Assembly: GCA_951406725.2 (NCBI GenBank)
Contig: OX597842.1
Coordinates: forward strand, 21,700,001 to 21,764,000
From: Octopus vulgaris
Taxonomy: Eukaryota
DNA: 64,000 nt
Reading direction: 5' to 3'
Shown: positions 53,886-64,000 of the stretch, one piece after another
Layout of the letters: each line of letters starts with the position of its first letter
Position numbering within the stretch: position 1 is the first letter of the stretch
Made by a program: the position numbers and the translations under genes
Notes under the pieces: generated by a model
What the model was told of the DNA's origin: nothing
Seen by the model: only the letters and a program-made list of their open reading frames with translations
The model's database searches: none

Positions 53886-54376
53886 GACAGTTGCTTATCT
53901 CTTGGAAATTATTGTATAGAGAGGGAAAAGAGCGGCTGTAGTGGGGAAAATTGTAGGAAAAGTGTGGGGAAAGTGTGGGGAAAGTGTGGGGAAAGAGAAG
54001 AAACGTATGAGAATATCAAGTAAAAGTCTGAAGAAAGTTTGAAGGAAAACACGAGAAGGAAAAGAAAAAGTTAAGAGACAGGAAAAAGCAGTCGGCAGAG
54101 AATAAGATAAACGTGGATAATGTTGAGAAAAGGTTAGGTAGGGTGGGGAAAAGTCAAGGCTACTTGAACTTCTCAAAGGATAACCATTGATTGTTAATTA
54201 CTATATCTGGTTGTTGCACTGTCTTCCCCAATCAAGATTCAGGGCCTGAATGACCCTCTTCCAGCATCTCTAGCATAGAACATTCATGGGTAGGATGGTG
54301 GTCTACTTAACATCTGGTACACCTTTTATTATCAATATCCATATTCAGCAAGACTGGAGAATGAAGATGAGTTATA

Positions 54377-54782
54377 CCTATTTCTTTACTACCCACAAGG
54401 GGCTAAACACAGAGGGGAGAAACAAGGACAGACAAACGGATTAAGTCGATTATATCGACCCCAGTGCGTAACTGGTACTTATTTAATCGACCCCGAAAGG
54501 ATGAAAGGCAAAGTCGACCACGGCGGAATTTGAACTCAGAACATAGCAGCAGACGAAATACCTATTTCTTTACTGCCCACAAGAGGCTACACACAGAGGG
54601 AACAAACGTCTGCCGTTATGTTCTGAGTTCAAATTCCGCCAAGGTCGACTTTGCCTTTCATCCTTTCGGTGTCGATAAATTAAGTACCAGTTGCGTACTG
54701 GGGTCGATGTAATCGACTTAATCCGCTCGTCTGTCCTTGTTTGTCCCCTCTATGTTTAGCCCCTTGTGGGTAATGAAGAAAT
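54377..54782. mobile_element. Two family-B SINE fragments in inverted orientation (minus 54377-54600, plus 54607-54782)
   Basis: ttctgagttcaaattccgcc.aggtcgactttgcctttcatcctttcgg is present on both strands. Confidence 0.85.
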
Positions 54783-54952
54783 ATATATGTGTGTATGTGA
54801 GTGCGAGTATGTGTTTATGTGCATGTGTGCGTGTGTTGTGTATGTTTCAAACATTAATAGACATTTCTACAAGTGTATACGTAAGACCAAACCAATAAAA
54901 CCACTTTGAAATTCTCAATGTAAACTTAAACTATTTTTACATATTTTCTTCT

Positions 54953-55489
54953 TTAAAAGTAAAGCTGTCCACTCTTCCAACTCTCTATGTACTTCCTCGT
55001 CTCCTCTTCCAGATCCTCCTCCATCTCAGGTATATCACCTTCTTCCAATTGCATCAACTCATGTACGTTCATATCTTCCAGTTTATCCTTCATCCATAAA
55101 TCCAACTCCTGGTCCAGCTGCTCCTCCAGGGCCTCGGGTTTCTTCACCTCTTCCACTTCCTGCTCCAACACTTCTTCATCTTTCCTAAATACATGTATCG
55201 CCTTTACAAATGTTTTATTCTTTGCCAACTCATTCTTATCACAACCTTTGGTAGTTTCCTCTGCCACGGGGTTTTCGACAATATCCTTTGGTTGTTCGGT
55301 AATAAATAAATTTATGTTGCAAGGATAACGCTGAATTGGTATATCTTTTGTAGAGATGGGACCCGGCCCCAAGACGTTTGGTCTGGCACTACGAAATAAG
55401 AATCTAGCAAAAGAACGTCTGACCCGAGAAATAAAGCGACCCAAGGGTCCTCTGCGAACTGGTGTGTCTGCCGGCGGCAATGGTGACAT
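54953..55489 (-). CDS. 178-aa intronless hypothetical protein with basic N-terminus and acidic C-terminus
   Basis: gaaATG start, 537-bp open frame with non-repetitive, protein-like composition in otherwise low-complexity flanks. No family recognised. Confidence 0.6.
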   Translation of the reverse strand: MSPLPPADTPVRRGPLGRFISRVRRSFARFLFRSARPNVLGPGPISTKDIPIQRYPCNINLFITEQPKDIVENPVAEETTKGCDKNELAKNKTFVKAIHVFRKDEEVLEQEVEEVKKPEALEEQLDQELDLWMKDKLEDMNVHELMQLEEGDIPEMEEDLEEETRKYIESWKSGQLYF

Positions 55490-56234
55490 TTCGGTTTGTT
55501 TAAATATACAAAGACCAAAAAAGGTAAGAAAAACAGAAACAAACACAAATGACAAGCAAATAAAGAAGAATGTAGGAAGGATGTGATAATTAGTTCTGTT
55601 AATTAAAATGAGAGAAATATATGAATGAATACCAAACAAGAGATGAGAACAATTAAAAAGACAGGTAAACACAGAAAGAAAATAAGCAATTAGGAAGGAA
55701 GGAATAGAAAGATGTAACTGAGGGATACAAATTAACTGAAACAATTTTATGAATGAATGGAAGAAAGGGATTGGTAATCAAAAATTAATTATAGTTGTAA
55801 ATATGCAAATGAGGAAAGTATGAAGGAAAAGATAGGAAAGGAAAGAGAAGATAGGAAGAAAGAGAGAGGAAGAAGGATAAATTGGCTTCAATGAGATAAC
55901 TATATGAATGAATACAGAAGATGAAAGGGGAAATCAGCAATTAACGAAATTAAAAAAAAGAAAAGAAATCAGGAAGAAAGGTGGAAAGGGAGAAAAAAAG
56001 TGAACAAGTGAATGGCGGTGCCCCAGCATGGCCACAGCTCATTCGCTGAAACTGCAAAAATCAAATCAAAATCAAAGTAAAATGAAGGAATTATCCGTAA
56101 AATTTATCAGTAAATTAATTAAAATGAGACAAATTTAGATTTGAATCAGCAGATGAGTAAGTAAGGGATCAATCAAAGACACAAAGATAGGAAAGAAATA
56201 TGAAAAAGGATGATAAACCGATAGATGAACGAAC

Positions 56235-56622
<388 letters not shown>

Positions 56623-57027
56623 GTATATTTCACTGGTTATGTTATCAGAATATTAAAATGAAATAAATAATTCCAAATCAATAGATCAACAGATTATCAA
56701 TCAATCAAACAGACGAAGATGAAAAGAGAGAAAAGAAGAAATGTAGAAAAAGAATAAAAGAAATAAAAAGAGGAAAGAGAGAAAAGAAACAAATGAATGA
56801 GAGAAGAAATCAATAGACTGATTAAAGTTATCAGTTCTAATCAATAAATATTAACCTGTAATCGATTTGACGCGCTAATTCTGAACAAAGTCGAATTGAA
56901 GTGAGCAAATTTTTCAAATCGCAGCTTTTAGGATTGTGACGTCATAATATCTCTTGTGGACCTTTTTGACTTAATTACTGACAATTCTTAATGAATGAGT
57001 TTAATGGCGATTTCATACAACCTGACA

Positions 57028-57456
57028 TACTCTTTTACTCTTTTACTGTTTTACTTGTTTCAGTCACTTGGCTGCGGCCATGCTGGAGCACCGCCTTTAG
57101 TCGAGCAACTCGACCCCGGGACTTATTCTTTGTAAGCCCAGTACTTATTCTATCGGTCTCTTTTGCCGAACCGCTAAGTGACAGGGACGTTAACACACCA
57201 GCATCGGTTGTCAAGCAATGCTAGGGGAACAAACACAGACACACAAACACACACATACATATAATATATATATATATATATATACATATATACGACAGGC
57301 TTCTTTCAGTTTCCGTCTACCAAATCCACTCACAAGGCTTTGGTCGGTCCGGGGCTATAGCAGAAGACACTTGCTCAAGATGCCACGCAGTGGGACTGAA
57401 CCCGAAACCATGTAGTTGGAAAGCAAGCTACTTACCACACAGCCACTCCTGCGCCT
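57028..57456 (-). mobile_element. Full-length tRNA-derived SINE family A
   Basis: Minus strand AGGCGCAGGAGTGGCTGTGTGGTAAG...GGTTCAGTCCC, with an (AGTAAAAG)n tail. Confidence 0.92.
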
Positions 57457-57837
57457 ATATTCAAAAGAATTCGATTTCGATGTTCTTCCCATATTTAAAT
57501 TAGATTCAATTTTTCTTAAATATATACACACACAAAATATAATTCTTTAGTTCAGTTCCAGGGCTGTGGCCATGCTGGGGCATCGCCTAGAAGGTTTTAC
57601 TCATTCACATCGACCTTCAGTAATTAACTTGTTAAAGTCTGGTACTTATTCTAAAAGTTTCTTTTGCTAAATTCTCCGGGTCAAGGGAATGTAAACAAAC
57701 TAACATCGCTTATTGATGGTAAATGTCTTTAGTAAAACTGTCAGTGTATCTCTGTAAATACTGACGATACATCCGAAGTAAAACAATTCTTTACTGACAA
57801 TGTCATGTGATATCCTGAAATAATAGAGAAACAATAT

Positions 57838-58228
57838 GAATGGAAGCACTCCGTCGGTTACGACAACGAGGGTTCCGGTTGATCCGATCAACGGAACAGC
57901 CTGCTCGTGAAATTAACGTGTAAGTGGCTGAGCACTCCACGGACACGTGTACCCTTAACGTAGTTCTCGGGGATATTCAGCGTGACATAGAGAGTGACAA
58001 GGCCGGCCCTTTGAAATACAGGTACAACAGAAACAGGAAGTAAGAGTGAGAGTTGTGGTGAAAGTTGTGGTGAAAGAGTACAACAGGGATCACCACCATC
58101 CCCTACGGAGCCTCGTGGAACTTTAGGTGTTTTCGCTCAATAAACACTCACAACGCCCGGTCTGGGAATCGAAACCGCGATCCTACGACCGCGAGTCCGC
58201 TGCCCTAACCACTGGGCCATTGCGCCTC
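57838..58228 (-). mobile_element. tRNA-derived SINE family C with 13-bp TSD
   Basis: Head GGCGCAATGGCCCAGTGGTTAGG...TTCGATTCCC. TSD AGAGAAACAATAT at 57825-57837 and 58229-58241. Confidence 0.92.
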
Positions 58229-58453
58229 AGAGAAACAATATAAGCTGTAGAGGATACTTAAACAATTGAGATTCAGCTGAGGCGATTTTACAATATTTCT
58301 ATATTGGTCAGCTGTAGTTATAAACGTTTAACTGAACAACAGAAGTGTAGCTTTAAATTTCCTATTAAAACTGCATAACACAACCTTGTGTGATGTCTAC
58401 GTATATATATACAAACAACAGATACACCTCCGTAACGTGCGTTATACTACAGA

Positions 58454-58778
58454 TGTGAGGGCGCGTGGCTTAGTGGTTAGGGCATTCGGCTCATGATCGT
58501 AAGGTTGTGAGTTCGATTCCCGGCGACGCGTTGTGTCCTTGAGCAAGACACTTTATTTCACGTTGCTCTAGTCCACTCAGCTGGCAAAAATGAGTTGTAC
58601 TTGTATTTCAAAGGGTCAGCCTTGTCACTCTCTGTGTCACGCTGATTATCCCCGAGAACTACGTTAAGGGTACACGTGTCTGTGGAATGCTCAGCCATTT
58701 GCACGTTAATTTCACGAGCAAGCTGTTCCGTTGATCGTATCAGCTGGGATCCTCGTCGTCGTAACCGGCGGAGTCTTT
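58454..58778 (+). mobile_element. tRNA-derived SINE family D with 12-bp TSD
   Basis: Head GGCGCGTGGCTTAGTGGTTAGG...GTTCGATTCCC, core gtgtccttgagcaagacac. TSD TTATACTACAGA at 58442-58453 and 58779-58790. Confidence 0.92.
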
Positions 58779-59010
58779 TTATACTACAGAGAAATCGGAT
58801 GTAACATTTTTACAAATGCGTAATTTGAGGTAATTATGGGAACTAATTAGGGCGGATAGAGAAACTTTGTAGAGGTTTCCTCGGTGTCTTCACAATGTTG
58901 TTTAGCCACAGGTCAGCTCTGTCTGAGTAGATAAACAATCAAATATAGGTTGTGTTTGGTGGTTAGTATTTATTTTATGACAGGTGAAAGAAAGAGAAAA
59001 ACATTATATT

Positions 59011-60380
59011 AGATGGAAAAAAAACAAAGGTAGAATGAAAAACATAAAGACGCAATTTCATATTAGCAGCACCAGCGAGAAGGCCATGGATGGATGACAG
59101 AGAAATATAGAAAAGTGTACATTGGAGTGGGAAGCAACAATTGTTTTGATATGAAATAACTGAGTTCTTATGACAAACACGAAGTTAATATTACGTTACA
59201 CACATTTGAGAAGATTTATTTGATAAAAGAAAGGCTCCAACGAGGAAAAAATGACATTTGATACTTTCTGACAGTTTTGTCGCTTATTTCGACAAAATAT
59301 TTGATCGGTGCAAATGATTATTCCGCAGCAAATATATCTCACGCGCCGGCAATACTTAAATGAGGATTTAAATTAAGTTTAAAAAATAGATCAATAGAAG
59401 GTGAAATTTATTGATTTCTACGCTAATACAAAAAAATAAATATGTCTTATGTTATATATTTTATATAATGTGGTCAAAGTTACAGAGTGACTCGAAGACT
59501 GGAAGTTTCGCTTATTGCCATTAACAGTCAAAGCAAATGTACTAAGCGTATTTCGTTGTTTGTGCTTTGCGAATATTTTAAATACTTTTCAAAATATTTC
59601 TGTTGTCAATTCTTAGTCATTCGTAACATTGCCAACATTTCATAAAAGACATCGACATAAATGGTTTTCATACAGAATAATATTTCCAAACTTGTTTTGA
59701 TCGCTTATGAAGAAGAAAAAATTATTAACGAACAACAAACACAGCAACTGCCTATGCGGCCAGGGTGTTTGTAAGGAATAGTCACTCTTATTACATCCCT
59801 TTAAAGAACTTTGGTTATTTTCCTTTGACTGTTATTATACAGGTTTGTAGAAATATGCGGGGTTTTTTTTGCAAAAACCTTTGAACAAATTTAATTTTTT
59901 GTATTTTCTCATTTCAGTTTCATAAAAAGAACAATTTATTTCGTAAAATATATTTTTATTCCCCAATTTTTTTCAGATTTCCCCCTTATTTTTGTTTCCA
60001 TTTGGATATTATCTTTTGATAAACAAACCTTGTTTTCATTTTGAGTTTCTTGCAATTTTTGGCAAATTCCCAGTTGCAGAATTTCTTTAGAAATTTGTTG
60101 TGCAATATCATATTTATATAATTTCCATCCTATATGTGCTTGGAATAACCTGATGGAAACGCAAATAAAACAATCTAAAACGATTTTCAATAAAATATTA
60201 TCGAACTTTCAACATGTCCCCTGATATTCTGTAAAGAAGCCACAATATTGAGATGATACGTACATTTTAAAGTTGATTGTTTGAGATATATCCTGCTACA
60301 AAAGTACTATTTGTTTTGTATTAGTTTCTCATTTTGGTATGCATTTAATTGCAAAACTGAAGAACTTTTCATAAAATTCC
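59011..60380. repeat. Segmental duplication, copy 2 (block B')
   Basis: Collinear with 34928-36290. Confidence 0.93.
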
Positions 60381-60381
60381 C

Positions 60382-60843
60382 TGGCTGTGTGGTAAGTAGC
60401 TTGTTTACCAACCACATGGTTCCGGGTTCAGTCCTACTGCGTGGCATCTTGGGCAAGTGTCTTCTGCTATAGCCTCGGGCCGACCAAAGCCTTGTGAGTG
60501 GATTTGGTAAACGGAAACTGAAAGAAGCCCGTCGTATGTATGTGTATATATATATATATGAGTGTGTGTGTATGTTTGTGTGTCTGTGTTTGTCTCCCCA
60601 ACATCAATTGACAACCGATGCTGGTGTGTTTACATCTCCGTAACTTAGCAGTTCGGCAAAAGAGACCGATAGAATAAGTACTAGGCTTTTCTCAGTTTCC
60701 GTCTACCAAATCCACTCACAAGTCTTTGGTCGGCTCGAGGCTTATAGTAGAAGATACTTGCCCAAGGTGCCACGCAGTGGGACAGAACCCGGAACCATGT
60801 GGTTGGTAAGCAAGCTACTTACCACACAGCCACTCCTACGCCG
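60382..60843. mobile_element. Fused inverted pair of family-A SINEs (plus 60382-60687, minus 60688-60843)
   Basis: 60382-60520 is the reverse complement of 60692-60832. Confidence 0.9.
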
Positions 60844-61288
60844 ATATATACACTTATATAAAATTCTGGTAATATTGCGTCTGCTGACGAAAGATGATAG
60901 GTACATACATTTAGTGCTCATGGTGACTTGTAGCCAAAGCTTTAACTTGAACAGCAACTAAAATAACCGGTATGTTATAACTGCTTGATAAAGATTAGCT
61001 TAAGGCAGTGATTCAAGTGAGCATCAGCGTGTATAACAGAAGAAAGGCAGAATAGGGAAATAATTGGTATCAGGTGAGATCAGATGAGGTTAAACAACTG
61101 AAACTAGTTGTTCCCTGCTTACACCACTATTTCAGTATACACGTCCACACTGACCCGCGCGCCCATGTGTACGTCCACCGTGGATGACCACAAAGAGGTC
61201 GAAACCGTTCAGGGTCTGGGGGTTAGAACAGCTATGTTTGAGTGCCGACAAACATTACATTTCTATTTCTTTTTCCTTCTTTCTTTCT

Positions 61289-61342
<54 letters not shown>

Positions 61343-61358
61343 ATATGTATGTGCAAAG

Positions 61359-61586
61359 CGGCGAGCTGGCAGAAACGTTAGCGCGCCAGGCGAAATGCGT
61401 AGCCGTATTTCGTCTGCCGTTACGTTCTGAGTTCAAATTCCGCCGAGGTCGACTTTGCCTTTCATCCTTTCGGGGTCGATAAATAAAGTACCCGTTTCGC
61501 ACTGGGGTCGATGTAATAAACTTAAACCCTTTGTCTATTCTTGTTTGTCCCCTCTGTGTTTAACCCCTTGTGGGCAATAAAGAAAT
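61359..61586 (+). mobile_element. SINE family B, full length (5' part of another copy at 63720-63845)
   Basis: ggcgagctggcagaaacgttag...gagttcaaattccgccgaggtcgactttgcctttcatcctttcggggtcgataaa...aataaagaaat. Confidence 0.88.
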
Positions 61587-62099
61587 ATATATATGTGGGT
61601 GTGCGTGTGTATGTCTCTGTCTGTGTCTGTTTGTGCATATACAGTGCGTAGATGAAAGCCACATAATCTTAGTGTATATATCTTAGTGTAGTACTCAAAT
61701 GGATGAGAACTTGACTACATCCTCTTTATCCACGACCAGCTCTTCAGCATGGACAGTTACCTGGAAGTGTAATCGTTATCGAACTGTTATGGAGATAGCA
61801 AGGTAGATAAATACATTTAAGCTTGGAACACACAAAATACAGAATACAAAATGAAGAGGAACGAAACAAACTAAACAGAAGAATTATATAAAGCCTTCTC
61901 TCGACAGTTGTTTCAAGACAGCCATAACTTGAATAATATCCAGAGCACACAAATGAAACGAACTCTCGTCTCCTACCTATGGAGGTATGAAGATCATGAG
62001 TGAGTTTGCGGTGGAGGTCAATATATATTTTATTATTTTTATTTTGGAATCCAAGTAAACACAATGTCTCAAGTCTAACCGTGTATACCTAGCTTACTA

Positions 62100-62210
62100 C
62101 CTACCTACCTATCTACCTACCGACACACGTACCTACCTCCCTGCCAACCTACCATATCTCTATCTATCTATCTATCAATCTATCTATCTATCTATCTATC
62201 TATCTAGATC

Positions 62211-62285
<75 letters not shown>

Positions 62286-62350
62286 GGACGGACGGACGGA
62301 CGGACGGGCGGACGGGCGGACGGGCGGACGGGCGGACGGACGGACGGACG

Positions 62351-62428
<78 letters not shown>

Positions 62429-62490
62429 TAGATAGATAGATAGATAGATAGACAGATAGATAGATAGGTAGGTAGGTAGGTAGGTAGGTA
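62100..62490. repeat. Compound TATC/GATA/GACG/GACA/GGTA microsatellite with a strand switch at ~62205
   Basis: Read directly from the sequence. Confidence 0.96.
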
Positions 62491-62814
62491 GAGTAGGAGA
62501 GAAGACACATAAAAGAAGGTAGGTTGTTACACTTTTATATTTGAAATATAGACATGCCTATGTGTGTGTGTGTGTAATAATGACAATAATGATTGTTTAC
62601 CACCAAATGCTTAATCACTGCTTTTGTACTAAAATTTCAAGGCGTTGCAGGAGAGAAAAACTTGAAAAACTGGTCGTCGTCACACAATTATGTTCCAAAT
62701 GTTATTTCAAGTGAAACAACAAAAGGCCTTCTTACTTGAGGCATTCAATGATTCTTTTCTATAAATTTTTCACGCTGCACTTTTATGGAATTAGCATTAT
62801 TTGGACTGGCTCAC

Positions 62815-62854
62815 AAACACATACATACATACATACATACATACATACATACAT

Positions 62855-62931
<77 letters not shown>

Positions 62932-63054
62932 CATGCATACATACATACATACATACATACATACATACATGCATGCATGCATGCATACATACATACATGC
63001 ATGCATGCATACATACATACATACATACATACATACATACATACATACATACAT

Positions 63055-63091
<37 letters not shown>

Positions 63092-63282
63092 TACATACAT
63101 ACATACATACATACATACATACACACACATACATACATACATACATACATACATACATACATACATACATACATACATACATACATACATACATACAAAC
63201 ACACACACATACATACACACATACATACATACATACATACATACACACACATACATACATACACACACATACATACATACAT

Positions 63283-63317
<35 letters not shown>

Positions 63318-63410
63318 TACATACATACATACATACATACATACATACATACATACATACATACATACATACATACATACATACATACATACATACATAC
63401 ATACATGCAT
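62815..63410. repeat. (TACA)n/(CA)n microsatellite
   Basis: Read directly from the sequence. Confidence 0.98.
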
Positions 63411-63848
63411 TGATATTAATGTACGTAAATTAAGTGTCGTAGTTGTTAAGTAAAATTTTTAAGTCGTATTTCCAAGGTCAAAATAAGTTTCTCATTAATC
63501 TGTTTCAGACTTAAGGATTTCTTCTGTATTTCACTATCGCAACCCACTCGATTCCGCCACCAGGACCATTTCTACCTTAGACATAGATGATATCCCCCTA
63601 ATTGATCAATAACAGATTGTTAATCGTTTCTTTAGTTTACCATAAATGTATGCATATCTGTGTATAGAGTGTATAGATCAATTCAATAGAGTGTTAATAT
63701 GAAAATTAATATAACTGAAGGTAGCGAGCTGGCAGAATCGTTAGCAGTCCGGGCAAAATACTTGGGGACATTTCGTCTTTCCTTGTGTTCTGATTTCAAA
63801 TTCCGCCATGGTCGGTTTTGCTTTTCATGCTTTCGGGGTCGATATAAG

Positions 63849-64000
63849 AGAATACCCTCCATCAGGCATTTGCCATATCCTGAACGCCTTATTTCCTTGG
63901 GCATGGATACATTGAAACTCCGACATCTGGCAGCTGACTTGGCAGACACCCATAAAATTATCAACCATCTTACAAACAATAACTCTGAGCACCTTTTTAA
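63849..64000 (+). mobile_element. CR1-like LINE RT C-terminal fragment running off the window
   Basis: RIPSIRHLPYPERLISLGMDTLKLRHLAADLADTHKII matches the YxERLxxLxLxxLxxRRLxxDL pattern. Confidence 0.75.

Noticed and set aside
52963-53941. Poly-His, poly-Ser/Pro and poly-Met ORFs
   Set aside because: These are translations of a (CAT/CAC)n tract that is open in several frames.
55490-55744. Hydrophobic N-terminal extension of the 263-aa ORF
   Set aside because: Non-ATG start in T-rich low-complexity sequence. The first ATG is at 55489.
58454-58530. tRNA genes (also at ~46770, ~57390 and ~58160)
   Set aside because: The tRNA-like A/B boxes continue into SINE bodies, and three of the four have clear TSDs.

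Overview
AT-rich, repeat-saturated animal genomic DNA. The SINE families and the very long (TACA)n/(GATA)n/(TA)n tracts point to an octopus or other coleoid cephalopod (inference). Host coding content is small: two minus-strand exons of a secreted or membrane leucine-rich-repeat (LRR) gene (10969-11179 signal peptide+LRRNT; 5356-5427 one 72-bp LRR) and a 178-aa intronless orphan ORF (54953-55489, minus). The rest is transposable elements: a near full-length RTE LINE, a young Tx1/L1 LINE inserted in a (TATC)n tract, older Tx1, Dong/R4, HERO/NeSL, CR1 and hAT remnants, non-autonomous Helitrons, foldback MITEs, tRNA-derived SINEs and Penelope-type minimal hammerhead motifs. Two tandem segmental duplications structure the window: about 7.4 kb inside the LRR gene, and about 16 kb (20.4-36.3 kb vs 36.6-60.4 kb). 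Comparing the paralogous copies exposes several mutational events, most notably a 76-bp unit present about 66 times in one copy and 4 times in the other. I see no prokaryotic system or CRISPR array. All family calls come from motif recognition by eye, not database searches, and most element boundaries are approximate.
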